A stretch of 64,000 bases of DNA from Alphaproteobacteria bacterium (GCA_964291675.2 OZ219865.1:608001-672000), one strand, 5' to 3'; numbered from the stretch's first letter, positions 49,807 to 60,343 are shown. The notes: a model not told the origin generated them from the sequence alone. Translations and numbers: made by a program.

Positions 49807-51240
49807 ATGGCGGATCTCGCGAAGACGGACGAGCTTTTCTTCAACCGGACCGGGCTCGACCGGGCCAGGGTCGAATCGATCGTCGCCGATGCGCTCGACG
49901 GCACCGACGACGGCGAGCTGTTTCTCGAATACCGCCAGTCCGAGGGGCTGGGCTTCGACGACGGGCGCCTGAAGACGGCGTCGTTCGACACCACCCAGGG
50001 GTTCGGGCTGCGCGCCGTCGCCGACGAGGCGACCGGCTACGCGCACGCCGCCGAGCTGTCGGAAGCGGCGATCGAACGCGCGGCGGGGACGGTCAAGGCG
50101 GTCAGGGCGGGCCATAGCGGCACCGCGGCGGAGGGCCCGGCCGCCACCAACACCGCGCTCTATGTCGAGGACAACCCGCTCAACGAGATCGCGTTCGAGC
50201 GCAAGGTCAAGCTGCTGCAGGACATCGACGCCTATGCGCGCGGCCGCGATCCCCGGGTCGTGCAGGTCGTCGCCTCCATCATGGGCGAGTGGCAGGCGAT
50301 CCAGATCGTCCGCGCCGACGGCCGCCGGGCGGCGGACATCCGTCCGCTGGTGCGGCTCAACGTGTCGGTCGTGGCGGCCGAGGGCGAGCGCATGGAGACC
50401 GGCAGCCACGGGGCCGGCGGGCGCACTTCCTACGGCGCCTATTTCGCCGAGGAGTCCTGGCAGGCCCAGGTCGAGGAGGCGCTGCGCCAGGCCCTGGTCA
50501 ACCTCGAATCGGTGCCTGCGCCGGCCGGCGAGATGCCGGTGGTGCTGGGCCCCGGCTGGCCCGGCATCCTGCTCCACGAGGCGATCGGCCACGGTCTCGA
50601 AGGCGACTTCAACCGCAAGAAGACCTCGGCCTTCTCCGGGCTGCTGGGCGAGCGCATCGCGGCGCCGGGCGTGACCGTGGTCGACGACGGGACCATCGCC
50701 GACCGCCGCGGCTCGCTCACCATCGACGACGAGGGAACGCCCACCCAGAACACGGTGCTGATCGAGGACGGCATCCTCACCGGCTACATGCAGGACCGGA
50801 TGAACGCGCGGCTGATGGGCGCGAGGCCCACCGGCAACGGGCGGCGCGAGAGCTTCGCGCATGCGCCGATGCCGCGCATGACCAACACCTACATGCTGGC
50901 CGGCGAGCGGTCGCACGACGAGATCGTCGCCGCGGTGCCGAAAGGCCTGTATGCGGTCAATTTCGGCGGCGGGCAGGTCGACATCACCTCGGGCAAGTTC
51001 GTGTTCAGCGCATCCGAGGCCTATCTGATCGAGGACGGCAAGCTGGGCGCCCCGGTCAAGGGCGCGACGCTGATCGGCAACGGGCCGGATGCGCTCACCC
51101 GGGTCCGCATGGTCGGCGACGACATGGGCATGGACCCCGGCGTCGGCACCTGCGGCAAGGAGGGCCAGGGCGTCCCGGTCGGGGTGGGTCAGCCGACGCT
51201 GCTGGTGGACAATCTCACCGTCGGCGGCACCGCCGCCTGA
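49807..51240 (+). CDS. tldD: Metalloprotease TldD
   Basis: DDGELFLE, RPLVRL, HEAIGHGLEGDFNRK, PRMTNT, CGKEGQGVPV; AGGAGG upstream. Confidence 0.96.
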   Translation: MADLAKTDELFFNRTGLDRARVESIVADALDGTDDGELFLEYRQSEGLGFDDGRLKTASFDTTQGFGLRAVADEATGYAHAAELSEAAIERAAGTVKAVRAGHSGTAAEGPAATNTALYVEDNPLNEIAFERKVKLLQDIDAYARGRDPRVVQVVASIMGEWQAIQIVRADGRRAADIRPLVRLNVSVVAAEGERMETGSHGAGGRTSYGAYFAEESWQAQVEEALRQALVNLESVPAPAGEMPVVLGPGWPGILLHEAIGHGLEGDFNRKKTSAFSGLLGERIAAPGVTVVDDGTIADRRGSLTIDDEGTPTQNTVLIEDGILTGYMQDRMNARLMGARPTGNGRRESFAHAPMPRMTNTYMLAGERSHDEIVAAVPKGLYAVNFGGGQVDITSGKFVFSASEAYLIEDGKLGAPVKGATLIGNGPDALTRVRMVGDDMGMDPGVGTCGKEGQGVPVGVGQPTLLVDNLTVGGTAA

Positions 51241-51245
51241 GCGGC

Positions 51246-52610
51246 TCAGTAGGCGTATTCCTCGAACACGCGGTCGATATCGCCGTTCCACGAGCCGTAG
51301 AAGCGCTCGAGCTTGTGTTCGGCCGGGCAAGAGCCACGCCGCACGATGTCGTCGAGGATACGCAGATATCCGGTCTCGTTGTCGCCCACCCGGTCGAGAC
51401 GGGCGCGCGCCCTGAGCCCCTCATGGGCGATACGCAGCGCCTCGCGCGCCACGTCGAGCAGGGTGCCGCCGCGAAACGGCGTCTTGAGGGCCTGGATCGA
51501 AGTCTCGTGGCGCAGCCGGTGGTGGTCCTCGATGGTCCAGTCGGCGATCAGTTCGTAGGCCGCGTCGAGCGCGCCCCGGTCGTAGAGCAGCCCGACCCAG
51601 AGCGCCGGCAGCGCGCACAGCCGCCGCCACGGCCCGCCGTCGGCGCCGCGCATCTCGATATAGCGCTTGAGCCGGACCTCCGGGAACAGCGTCGTCAGAT
51701 GGTCCGCCCAGTCCGACATCATCGGCTTCTCGCCGGGCAGCGCCGGCAGGCTTCCGTCGAGAAAGTCGCGGAAGGACTGGCCGCTCGCATCCACATAGGT
51801 GCCGTCGCGGTAGACGAAATACATCGGCACGTCGAGCACGTAGTCGACATAGCGCTCGAAGCTCATGCCGTCCTCGAAGACGAAGGGCAGGATGCCGCAG
51901 CGGTCCGGGTCGGTGTCTTCCCAGACATGGCTGCGATAGGAGTAGTAGCCGCTGGGCTTGCCCTCGACGAAGGGCGAGTTGGCGAACAGGGCCGTCGCGA
52001 CCGGCTGCAGCGCGAGACCGACCCGCATCTTGCGCACCATGTCGTATTCCGACTCGAAGTCCAGATTGACCTGCACCGTGCAGGTGCGGACCATCATGTC
52101 GAGCCCCATGCTGCCCTTCCTGGGCATGTAGTCGCGCATGATGCGGTAGCGCCCCTTGGGCATCCAGGGGATGTCCTCGCGTCTCGCGCGGGGGTGGAAG
52201 CCGAGCCCGACCAGCCCGACGCCGAGCTCGCCCGCCACCTCCTTGACCTCGGCGAGATGGGTGTGCACCTCGTCGCAGGTCTGGTGGATGGTCTCCAGCG
52301 GCGCGCCCGACAGCTCGAGCTGCCCGCCGGGCTCCAGCGATATGTTGCAGTCCGACTTCGCCAGCGCGATCGGGTTGCCGTTCTCCAGCACCGGCTCCCA
52401 GCCGAAGCGCGTCAACCCTTCGAGCAGCGCGCGGATGCCCCACGCGCCGTCATAGGGGGCGGATTCCAGGGTTTCGAGATGGAAGACGAATTTTTCGTGC
52501 TCGGTGCCGATCCGCCAGTCTTCCGGCGGCTTGCACCCCGCCTCCAGAAATTCGACGAGCTGGCGCCGGTCCTCGATCGGCGCGCCCTGGCTCGTGGGGG
52601 GTGCCGCCAT
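51246..52610 (-). CDS. gshA: Glutamate--cysteine ligase (alphaproteobacterial/plant type)
   Basis: RIGTEHEKF, SLEPGGQLELSG, TCTVQVNLD, FPEVRLKRYIEMRGADG. Confidence 0.95.
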   Translation of the reverse strand: MAAPPTSQGAPIEDRRQLVEFLEAGCKPPEDWRIGTEHEKFVFHLETLESAPYDGAWGIRALLEGLTRFGWEPVLENGNPIALAKSDCNISLEPGGQLELSGAPLETIHQTCDEVHTHLAEVKEVAGELGVGLVGLGFHPRARREDIPWMPKGRYRIMRDYMPRKGSMGLDMMVRTCTVQVNLDFESEYDMVRKMRVGLALQPVATALFANSPFVEGKPSGYYSYRSHVWEDTDPDRCGILPFVFEDGMSFERYVDYVLDVPMYFVYRDGTYVDASGQSFRDFLDGSLPALPGEKPMMSDWADHLTTLFPEVRLKRYIEMRGADGGPWRRLCALPALWVGLLYDRGALDAAYELIADWTIEDHHRLRHETSIQALKTPFRGGTLLDVAREALRIAHEGLRARARLDRVGDNETGYLRILDDIVRRGSCPAEHKLERFYGSWNGDIDRVFEEYAY

Positions 52611-52613
52611 GCC

Positions 52614-53405
52614 CTACCCCCGCGCGGTCGCCGGCCGCGCCGGCATGACATCGGAGCGGCGCCAGTCGCCGATCACCGCCTGCCAGCAGACCAGGGCGGC
52701 GATCGCCGCGGTCTCGGCACGCAGCAGCCGCGGCCCGAGATCGACCGCATGCACGTAGGGCCGGCCGCGCAGCGCGGCGCGCTCTTCCCCGGTGAACCCG
52801 CCTTCGGGTCCGATGAGCGCGGCCCAGGAGCCGGAAGCGTCGCCGTCCCGGGCCTCGGTCAGGCACTCGACGATCGGTCGTCCGCCGCCGCTCTCGTCGC
52901 AGAAGACCAGCCGCCTTCCGGTCGGCCAGTCATTCAGCACGTCGGCGAGCGGCGCGGCGGCGCGGATCTCCGGCACGTCGCAGCGCCCGCATTGCTCGGC
53001 CGCCTCGATGGCGAGCAGCCGCATCCGGTCCGTCCTGACCCGCGATGCCGTCGTGCGCTCGGTGGTCACCGGAACCAGCGCCGTCGCGCCGAGCTCGACC
53101 GCCTTGGCCACCAGCAGCTCGCCCGGTCCCCGCTTGAGCGGCGCGAACAGGAGCCAGAAATCGCCGCTCACGGGCTGCGCCGCGAGCCGGCGTTCGAGAC
53201 GCAGCGCGACGCGCCGTTTATCCACCGATTCGATCCTGCCCAGCCACTCGCCGTCCCTTCCGTTGAACGCCGCGACCGCGTCCCCGGCGGAGAGCCGCAT
53301 GACGTTCTTCACATAGTGGGTCCGGTCGCGGTCGAGCACGGCCGCCTCGCCCTGCGCCAGGGCCTGGTCGAGGAAGAGCCTCACGCGCGGAGAAGCTGGC
53401 TGCAT
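52614..53405 (-). CDS. rsmE: 16S rRNA m3U1498 methyltransferase
   Basis: HY..NVMR, KAVELG, EAAEQCGR, IGPEGGF, LGPRLLRAETA; start uncertain. Confidence 0.93.
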   Translation of the reverse strand: MQPASPRVRLFLDQALAQGEAAVLDRDRTHYVKNVMRLSAGDAVAAFNGRDGEWLGRIESVDKRRVALRLERRLAAQPVSGDFWLLFAPLKRGPGELLVAKAVELGATALVPVTTERTTASRVRTDRMRLLAIEAAEQCGRCDVPEIRAAAPLADVLNDWPTGRRLVFCDESGGGRPIVECLTEARDGDASGSWAALIGPEGGFTGEERAALRGRPYVHAVDLGPRLLRAETAAIAALVCWQAVIGDWRRSDVMPARPATARG

Positions 53406-53444
53406 CGATGATCGAACCGCCGTCGTAACCATACGCGGTGCGGA

Positions 53445-53450
53445 TATAAT
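53445..53450 (+). promoter_or_regulatory. Candidate sigma70 -10 box upstream of ubiA
   Basis: TATAAT 20 nt before the ubiA ATG in the rsmE/ubiA divergent gap. Confidence 0.35.
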
Positions 53451-53470
53451 CGGAGCGGAGCCAAAGAGCA

Positions 53471-54397
53471 ATGTCGGGCATGGACCACGCCGCGAGCGAC
53501 ATTCCCAAGGGCGGATGGGTCGATCGCCGTCTGCCGGCTTCCTGGCGACCCTATGCGCGCCTCGCGCGGCTCGACAGGCCGATCGGCACCTGGCTGCTGC
53601 TGTTCCCGTGCTGGTGGTCGATCGCCTTCGCCTCGCCCGAGCCGCTGTCGCGCGAGAGCCTGGTGCTGTTCGCCCTGTTCGGCATCGGCGCCCTGGTGAT
53701 GCGTGGCGCCGGCTGCACGTTCAACGACATCTGCGACCGCGACTTCGACGCCCGGGTCGCCCGCACCCGCGACCGCCCGTTGCCGAGCGGCCAGGTCACG
53801 GTGCGCGGCGCGCTGGTGTTTCTCGCCGTGCTGCTGTGCCTCGGGCTCGCGGTGCTGCTCGCGCTCAACCCCTTCGCCATCGCGGTGGGTGCGGCGTCGC
53901 TGGTCCTGGTGTTCACCTACCCGCTCAGCAAGCGGGTGACCTTCTGGCCGCAATTCGTGCTCGGCCTCGCCTTCAACTGGGGCGCCCTGCTGGGCTGGGC
54001 GGCGGTGCGGGAGGAGATCGCCCTGGCGCCGGCCCTGCTCTATGCCGGCGGCATCTTCTGGACGCTCGGCTACGACACGATCTACGCCCACCAGGACCGG
54101 CGCGACGACCCCGCCGCCGGGGTCAAGTCCACCGCGCGCCGCCTCGGCCTCGGCAGCAAGCCCTGGCTCTACGCCTTCTATTTCGTCGCGGCCGCCCTGT
54201 TCGCGGCGACCGGATATGCCGCCGGACTCGGCTGGGTCTTCTTTGCGGGGCTTGCGCTGGCCGCCCTGCATCTCGCCTGGCAGGTGGCCGCCGTCGATCT
54301 CGACGCGCCCAAGGACTGCCTCGCCAAGTTCCGCTCGAACCGGCTGTTCGGCTGGATCGTCCTCGCCTCGGCGGTCACCGCCCAGCTCGCAGGGTGA
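53471..54397 (+). CDS. ubiA: 4-hydroxybenzoate polyprenyltransferase
   Basis: RLDRPIGTWLL, NDICDRDFD..V.RT..RP, YDTIYAHQD..DD. Confidence 0.95.
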   Translation: MSGMDHAASDIPKGGWVDRRLPASWRPYARLARLDRPIGTWLLLFPCWWSIAFASPEPLSRESLVLFALFGIGALVMRGAGCTFNDICDRDFDARVARTRDRPLPSGQVTVRGALVFLAVLLCLGLAVLLALNPFAIAVGAASLVLVFTYPLSKRVTFWPQFVLGLAFNWGALLGWAAVREEIALAPALLYAGGIFWTLGYDTIYAHQDRRDDPAAGVKSTARRLGLGSKPWLYAFYFVAAALFAATGYAAGLGWVFFAGLALAALHLAWQVAAVDLDAPKDCLAKFRSNRLFGWIVLASAVTAQLAG

Positions 54398-54992
54398 GCG
54401 CCGCCTCCGCCGCTTCGATGTCCTCCGGCCGGTTGACGTTGAAGAAGGGATCGACGGGCGCGGTGGAGAACTCGGCATGCGCGAGGCGGTAGCGCGCCGT
54501 CCAGACATCGACCTTGCGCACCCCCTCCTCCACCACGGCGGCGCGCAGCGCGTCTGCGAGCGCGGCCGGCCAGAGCGCGAAGACCGGGTGCTCCCGCCCG
54601 TCCGAGCGCGCAGACGCGATCTCGGCGGCGTTCTCCTCGATCGCCCGCCACAGCCGCGTCACAAGGTCGGCCGGCAGGAAGGGCGCGTCGCAGGCGAAGG
54701 TAGCCACATGGGTGCAGCCCTGCGGCCGCGCCCATTCGAGCCCGGCGAGCACGCCGGCGAGCGGACCCGGAAAACCCTCCACCGAATCGGGCACCACTGG
54801 GAGACCGGTCGCGGCGAAGCGGGCCGGATCGCCGTTGGCGTTGAGCGCGAGCGGGTTCACCTGGGGCGCGGCGCGGGCGATCACGCGGTCCAGGATGGTG
54901 CGCCGGCCGATGAGCTTCAGCGCCTTGTCGCCGCCGCCCATGCGGCGCGACAGCCCGCCGGCGAGCACGATGCCGGCGATGCGCGGCGTCAC
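54375..54992 (-). CDS. mobA: Molybdenum cofactor guanylyltransferase
   Basis: LAGGLSRRMGGGDK, GPLAG, CDAPFLP, FFNVN.PED. Confidence 0.95.
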   Translation of the reverse strand: MTPRIAGIVLAGGLSRRMGGGDKALKLIGRRTILDRVIARAAPQVNPLALNANGDPARFAATGLPVVPDSVEGFPGPLAGVLAGLEWARPQGCTHVATFACDAPFLPADLVTRLWRAIEENAAEIASARSDGREHPVFALWPAALADALRAAVVEEGVRKVDVWTARYRLAHAEFSTAPVDPFFNVNRPEDIEAAEAALTLRAGR

Positions 54993-55591
54993 GGACCCGT
55001 CCCGGCCAGCGCGGCGTCGACCCGGATGGCGTCGCTCCCCAGCGCGCGCTCCACCAGTCCGGCATCAGCCGGTGCCAGAGCTGTCGTGTCCTGGACGATC
55101 CGGGCGATGTCGGCGAACGGGTCTGCCGGAACGCCCTGGATGTTCTCGCAGGCCGCGAGCCCGGCACCGGTCGCGACCCGCTGCTCGAGCCGCGCCTTGA
55201 GCGCCCCCTCCACCAGATCGAGACGCTGGTCGCAAAAATCCTCGCCGCAGAGCGCGACGTAGAAGCGGGTTCGCAGCACCTCTTCCGCCGCCCCCGCGGA
55301 AGCCGTCGCGAGGTCGTTATAGGCGGCGAAGCGCGCGCCCGCGTCGCCGGCGAACACGGTACGTCCGCGTTCGTCGCGAAGCGGGGTCTGGAGGCCAAGC
55401 ATCGCCGTCAGATGCTGGTCGATCCGCGACAGCACGTTCCGGCTCTGGCCGACATAGCTCACCGTGCGGGCGTTGCGGTAGGTCTTTGTGCGGAGATAGA
55501 CGCCGGGGGCGCCGAACGCCTCGATCGCGTCCTCGGCGTCGGGGAAGCGGCCGGCCCCGACCGGGCCCTGCCAGGCGAGGACCAGCTCCAT
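54989..55591 (-). CDS. Hypothetical protein with GIY-YIG-like nuclease motifs
   Basis: PGVYL...SYVGQSRNVLSRIDQH, later LDLVEGAL and CEN; coupled to mobA by a GTGA overlap. Confidence 0.6.
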   Translation of the reverse strand: MELVLAWQGPVGAGRFPDAEDAIEAFGAPGVYLRTKTYRNARTVSYVGQSRNVLSRIDQHLTAMLGLQTPLRDERGRTVFAGDAGARFAAYNDLATASAGAAEEVLRTRFYVALCGEDFCDQRLDLVEGALKARLEQRVATGAGLAACENIQGVPADPFADIARIVQDTTALAPADAGLVERALGSDAIRVDAALAGTGP

Positions 55592-55597
55592 CGCGCC

Positions 55598-56470
55598 CTA
55601 CCCGGCGCGCGCGCCCTTGCGCTGGACCGTGGCGGGCTCCTCGCCGACCGACCGCGGGTCGGCGTCGTAGACGATGCGATGCTCGCCCGCGAGCGCGATG
55701 AAGCGCCGGCCGCGCGCGCGGCCGATCAGCGTGAGGTCGGCCTGGCGCGCGAGCTCCACCCCCCAGGCGGTGAAGCCGGAGCGCGAGACCAGGATCGGGA
55801 TCCGCATCTGCACCGCCTTGATCACCATCTCGCTGGTGAGCCGCCCGGTGGTGTAGAACATCTTGCCCTCGGGCACGATGCGGTTGAGGTGCATGTAGCC
55901 CGCGATCTTGTCGACCGCGTTGTGGCGTCCGACATCCTCCATGTAGATCAGCGGCCGGTCCTGCTCGCACAGCACGCAGCCATGGATCGCCCCGGCCTCC
56001 AAATAGAGGCTGGGGGTCGTGTTGATCGCCTTGGCGAGCGCGTAGAGCCAGGACGTCCTGACCTCCGCCCCGGGGTCGAGGACGACTTCCTCGAAGGTCT
56101 CCATCACGTCGCCGAACACCGTGCCGAGCGCGCAGCCCGACGTGCGGGTACGCTTCTTCATCCGCTCCTCGAAATCGGTCTCGTGCGCGGTGCGCACGAC
56201 CACCGTCTCGATCTCCTCGTCGTAGTCGACGCCGGTCACCCGGTCGCCTTCGCGCAGCATGTTCTGGTTGATCAGGTAGCCGACCGCCAGGCAGTCGACA
56301 TAGTCGCCGATCGTCATCAGGGTGACGATCTCCTGGCTGTTGAGGAACAGCGTCAGCGGCCGCTCCACGGTGACCGAGGTCTCGATCGCCCTGCCGTCCT
56401 GATCGACCCCCGGCACCCGCTCGGTGAGCCGCGCATCGGCCGGGTCCGGCTTGACCAGATAATCCGTCAT
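55598..56470 (-). CDS. fdhD: Formate dehydrogenase accessory sulfurtransferase
   Basis: ERPLTLFLN, TSGCALG, GAIHGC, EDVGRHNAVDK, TGRLTSEMVIK. Confidence 0.95.
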   Translation of the reverse strand: MTDYLVKPDPADARLTERVPGVDQDGRAIETSVTVERPLTLFLNSQEIVTLMTIGDYVDCLAVGYLINQNMLREGDRVTGVDYDEEIETVVVRTAHETDFEERMKKRTRTSGCALGTVFGDVMETFEEVVLDPGAEVRTSWLYALAKAINTTPSLYLEAGAIHGCVLCEQDRPLIYMEDVGRHNAVDKIAGYMHLNRIVPEGKMFYTTGRLTSEMVIKAVQMRIPILVSRSGFTAWGVELARQADLTLIGRARGRRFIALAGEHRIVYDADPRSVGEEPATVQRKGARAG

Positions 56471-56540
56471 GCGGGGAATATGTCCGCCCCGGGCGCGGCG
56501 GGCAACTCGCATCCGGTCGGCACCGCCCATGGATTGCCGC

Positions 56541-56650
56541 CGTCCTTCGATACGCCCGCCTGCGGCGGGCTACTCAGGATGAGGGATTCTTATGCGGCTT
56601 ACCAACCGCTCCTCATCCTGAGTAGCCGCGAAGCGGCGTATCGAAGGACG
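56541..56650. repeat. REP/REPIN-like palindromic element, family B
   Basis: CGTCCTTCGATAC-GCCCGCCtgcGGCGGGC-TACTCAGGATGAGG ... CCTCATCCTGAGTA-GCCGCgaaGCGGC-GTATCGAAGGACG. Confidence 0.88.
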
Positions 56651-56717
56651 CCGCTTCGCCGGCGCCGCCGGGTCCTGTAGATTGGCGCGCTGCAACGACT
56701 GGACGGGAGGCCGAACC

Positions 56718-57569
56718 GTGTCCGAGACGGGTGCCCTGGTATCGACCCAATGGCTGGAAGCGCATCTCGACGACCCGGATGTCCGCGTCGTCGAGACCAC
56801 CTGGTACCTGCCGACCGACGGGCGGTCGGGGCGCGAGGAGTTCGAGGGCGGGCATATCAGGGGCGCGGCGTTCTGGGACATCGACGGCATCGCCGACCCG
56901 GACGACCCGAGACCCCACATGGCGCCCTCGCCGGCGCGCTTCGCCGAGCTGATGGGCGGGCTCGGCATCGGCGATACGACGCGCGTCGTCGCCTACGACC
57001 GGGTCGGCATGATGACCGTCGGCCGGGCGTGGTGGATGCTGCGCTATTTCGGCCACGAGTCGGTGTCGATCCTCGACGGCGGCTTCGTCAAGTGGGTGAT
57101 GGAGGGCAGGCCGACCGCGTCCGGCCCGGCCGCCGGGCGCCCGGCCCCCGCCGGCTTCTCCGCCGAGCCGCGCGCGGACCGCATCTCCGACCTCGACACG
57201 ATCCTGGCCGGCCTCGACGCGGCGGGCGCGCAGATCCTCGATGCCCGGGCGCCGGGCCGCTTCGCCGGCAGCGAGCCGGAGCCGCGGCCGGGCTGCCGCC
57301 CGGGCCATATCCCGGGCAGCGCGAACCTGCCCTACAACCTTCTGGTCGACCCGGAGACCGGCACCGTGAGACCGCCGGACGAGCTCCGCGCCCTGTTCGC
57401 CGAGGCCGGAATCGACATAGGCCAGCCGGTCACCACCACCTGCGGGTCCGGGGTGACGGCCTCGCTGCTCGCCTTCGGGCTGCACCTGGTCGGCCAGGAC
57501 GAGGTCGCGGTCTATGACGGGTCGTGGTCCGAATGGGGCATGCGGACGGACACGCCGGTCGAGACCTGA
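56718..57569 (+). CDS. sseA: 3-mercaptopyruvate sulfurtransferase (tandem rhodanese)
   Basis: GHIRGA, RAWW, LDGG, GHIPG, CGSGVTA, YDGSWSEW; GTG start after GGGAGG. Confidence 0.92.
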   Translation: MSETGALVSTQWLEAHLDDPDVRVVETTWYLPTDGRSGREEFEGGHIRGAAFWDIDGIADPDDPRPHMAPSPARFAELMGGLGIGDTTRVVAYDRVGMMTVGRAWWMLRYFGHESVSILDGGFVKWVMEGRPTASGPAAGRPAPAGFSAEPRADRISDLDTILAGLDAAGAQILDARAPGRFAGSEPEPRPGCRPGHIPGSANLPYNLLVDPETGTVRPPDELRALFAEAGIDIGQPVTTTCGSGVTASLLAFGLHLVGQDEVAVYDGSWSEWGMRTDTPVET

Positions 57570-57635
57570 AGAACTGGCGCCGCCCGGCCCGCGCTGGCAG
57601 GATGCGCGGCCTTTTCACCAGCCGACGGCCGCGCC

Positions 57636-58805
57636 ATGAAGGAAGACACGATCATCACCACCGCCGGGCGCGATCCGGAAGCCAATTTCGGGATCGTCAA
57701 CCCGCCCGTCTACCACGCCTCGACCATCACCCATGCGACGGTCGCGGCGATGCGCGAGGCGCGCGAACGCCGGTTCGAGCCCCGAATCTACACCTATGGG
57801 CGGCACGGGACGCCCACCCATTCGGCGCTGGAGGAAGCGGTGGCCGCCGTCGAGGGCGGCGAGCGGGCGGTCTGCCTCGGCTCCGGCCTGGCCGCGATCA
57901 ACGCCGCCATCCTCGCCTTCGTCGAGACCGGCGACCGCATCCTGATGGCGGACAACGTCTACAGCCCGGCGCGGCGCTTCTGCGACAGCTTTCTCGGGCG
58001 CTTCGGGGTCGAGACGACCTATTTCGACCCGGCGATCGGCGGCGCGATCGCCGAGCTGATCGACGAGCGCACCCGCATCGTCTATGTCGAGTCGCCGGGC
58101 TCGCTCACCTTCGAGATGACCGACATCCCGGCGGTCGCCGCCCCGGCGCACGAGGCCGGCGCGGTGGTCATCATGGACAATACCTGGGCGGCCGGCGTGC
58201 TGTTCAAGCCGTTCGAGCACGGCGTCGACGTCTCGGTGCAGGCGGCGACCAAGTACATCGTCGGCCACTCCGACGTGATGATGGGGACGGTGACCACCAG
58301 CGAGGCGCTGTGGCCCAGAGTGCGCCAGTCCGCCGCCGACCTCGGCGCCAATTGCGGGCCGGACGACGTCTATCTCGCGCTGCGCGGGCTGCGCACCCTC
58401 GGCGTCCGGCTGCGCCAGCATCACCAGAACGGGCTCATCCTCGCGCGCTGGCTGCGGGACCGGCCGGAGGTCGAGCGCGTGCTCCACCCCGCGCTCCCGG
58501 ACGACCCCGGCCACGCGCTGTGGAAACGGGATTTTAGCGGCGCCTGCGGGCTGTTCGGCGTGGTCCTCAAGCCGGCACCGGAGGCGGCGGTGGCGGCGAT
58601 GCTGGATGGCATGGAGCTGTTCTCGATGGGCGCGAGCTGGGGCGGGTTCGAGAGCCTGATCCTGCCCACCAACCCGGCGGCGATCCGCACCGCGACGCGC
58701 TGGGACGCCGGCCCGACGATACGCATCCATGCGGGGCTGGAGGACACCGGCGACCTGATCGGCGACCTCGACCGCGGCCTCGCGCGGCTGAACGCGGCGC
58801 GCTGA
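57636..58805 (+). CDS. metC: Cystathionine beta-lyase
   Basis: VNPPVYHAST, YGRHGTPT, ESPGSLTFE, DNTWA, ATKYIVGHSD, SWGGFESL. Confidence 0.92.
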   Translation: MKEDTIITTAGRDPEANFGIVNPPVYHASTITHATVAAMREARERRFEPRIYTYGRHGTPTHSALEEAVAAVEGGERAVCLGSGLAAINAAILAFVETGDRILMADNVYSPARRFCDSFLGRFGVETTYFDPAIGGAIAELIDERTRIVYVESPGSLTFEMTDIPAVAAPAHEAGAVVIMDNTWAAGVLFKPFEHGVDVSVQAATKYIVGHSDVMMGTVTTSEALWPRVRQSAADLGANCGPDDVYLALRGLRTLGVRLRQHHQNGLILARWLRDRPEVERVLHPALPDDPGHALWKRDFSGACGLFGVVLKPAPEAAVAAMLDGMELFSMGASWGGFESLILPTNPAAIRTATRWDAGPTIRIHAGLEDTGDLIGDLDRGLARLNAAR

Positions 58806-58871
58806 GGCCGCTTCGCTTCCGCCGCGAGGAAACCTAACTTGGCGAGCAGCGAACGAACGGGAAGCGAAACC

Positions 58872-59276
58872 ATGGGCGCGTCCGAAGCGGGCATCGCCGC
58901 GGCCCTCGATGCGATCGCCTGGAACGGCGACGGGCTGGTCCCGGCCATCGCCCAGCAGCACGACAGCGGCGAGGTGCTGATGATGGCCTGGATGAGCCGC
59001 GACGCGGTGGCCGAGACGCTGGCCACCGGCCGGGTCTGCTACTACTCGCGCTCGCGCGGCGCGCTGTGGCGCAAGGGCGAGACCTCGGGACAGGTGCAGG
59101 CGCTGGTCGAGCTGCGCCTCGACTGCGACGGCGACACGCTGCTGCTCGCCGTCGACCAGACCGGGGTCGCCTGCCATACCGGACGGCGTAGCTGCTTCTT
59201 CCGCGCCGTGCGCGAGGACCGCCTCGCGACAATCGCCGGGGTCGAGACCGACCCCGCGGAGCTGTACGGGAAATGA
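58872..59276 (+). CDS. hisI: Phosphoribosyl-AMP cyclohydrolase
   Basis: [36 protein letters not shown]. Confidence 0.95.
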   Translation: MGASEAGIAAALDAIAWNGDGLVPAIAQQHDSGEVLMMAWMSRDAVAETLATGRVCYYSRSRGALWRKGETSGQVQALVELRLDCDGDTLLLAVDQTGVACHTGRRSCFFRAVREDRLATIAGVETDPAELYGK

Positions 59277-60331
59277 CCGGAACCCACGCCCCGCCCGAGC
59301 CCGACGACATCGTCCAGGCCTCCCTGCTGACCGGTTTTTTGGGGAGCGGAAAGACGACGCTGATCAACGCGTTGCTGAAACACCCCGAGATGTCGGATAC
59401 GGCCGTCCTGGTCAACGAGTTCGGCGAGATCGGGCTGGACCACCATCTGATCGAGCGGATCGACGAGGACACGGTGCTGCTGAATGCGGGCTGCCTCTGC
59501 TGCACCGTCCGCGACGACCTGGCGCGCGCCTTGCGCGAGCTGTTCATCAAGCGCGTCAAGGGCGACGTCCCGCCCTTCGCCCGGGTGGTGATCGAGACCA
59601 CCGGGCTCGCCGATCCGGCGCCGATCATCCATACCCTGATGACCGACCGGGTGATCGCCAACCGCTACGCGCTCGACGGCGTGGTGACGGCGGTCGACGG
59701 GGTCAATGGCGACATCCAGCTCGGCCGGCACCGCGAGTCCGTCAAGCAGGCGGCCGTCGCCGACCGCATCGTCATCACCAAGGGCGACATCGCCGGGGGC
59801 GAGGACCTCGACGGCCTCGAAGCCAGCCTGCGCGCGCTCAACCCGGGCGCCGCCATCGTCCGGGCGGAGTTCGGCGCCATCCACCCCGATTCGCTGTTCG
59901 ACACCGGTCTCTACGACCCGGCGACCAAGAGCCTCGACGTGCAGCGCTGGCTGCGCGACGAAGCCTATGGGGAAGACGCGCACGACCACCACGGGCACGA
60001 CGTCAACCGCCACGACGACAGCATCCGCGCCTATTGCCTGCGCTACGACGATCCGCTCGCCTGGGAGCCCTTCGTCGGCTGGATCCGTACCCTGATCGCG
60101 ACGCACGGGGAGAAGCTCTTGCGCATCAAGGGGATCGTCAACGTCGCCGGCCAGGACAAGCCGATCGCGATCCACGGCGTGCAGCATCTGTTCCACGACC
60201 CCGCCCAGCTCCCCGACTGGCCGGACGGGGACACCCGGAGCCGCATCGTCTTCATCACCCAGGACCTGCCGCGGGAGACGGTCGAGCGGATCCTGGAAGA
60301 CATGAAGGCGGCGGTGGGCAAGGCGGGGTAG
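59273..60331 (+). CDS. COG0523/CobW-family metallochaperone GTPase
   Basis: [28 protein letters not shown], His-rich [16 protein letters not shown]. Confidence 0.92.
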   Translation: MTGTHAPPEPDDIVQASLLTGFLGSGKTTLINALLKHPEMSDTAVLVNEFGEIGLDHHLIERIDEDTVLLNAGCLCCTVRDDLARALRELFIKRVKGDVPPFARVVIETTGLADPAPIIHTLMTDRVIANRYALDGVVTAVDGVNGDIQLGRHRESVKQAAVADRIVITKGDIAGGEDLDGLEASLRALNPGAAIVRAEFGAIHPDSLFDTGLYDPATKSLDVQRWLRDEAYGEDAHDHHGHDVNRHDDSIRAYCLRYDDPLAWEPFVGWIRTLIATHGEKLLRIKGIVNVAGQDKPIAIHGVQHLFHDPAQLPDWPDGDTRSRIVFITQDLPRETVERILEDMKAAVGKAG

Positions 60332-60343
60332 GAAATCCGCCCG

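Noticed and set aside
51236-51249. Small hairpins at convergent stops (CTGAGC/GCTCAG at tldD/gshA; TGAGCG/CGCTCA near 20950-20970)
   Set aside because: Short, partly forced by the paired TGA/TCA stops, and lacking U-tracts; not supportable as terminators.
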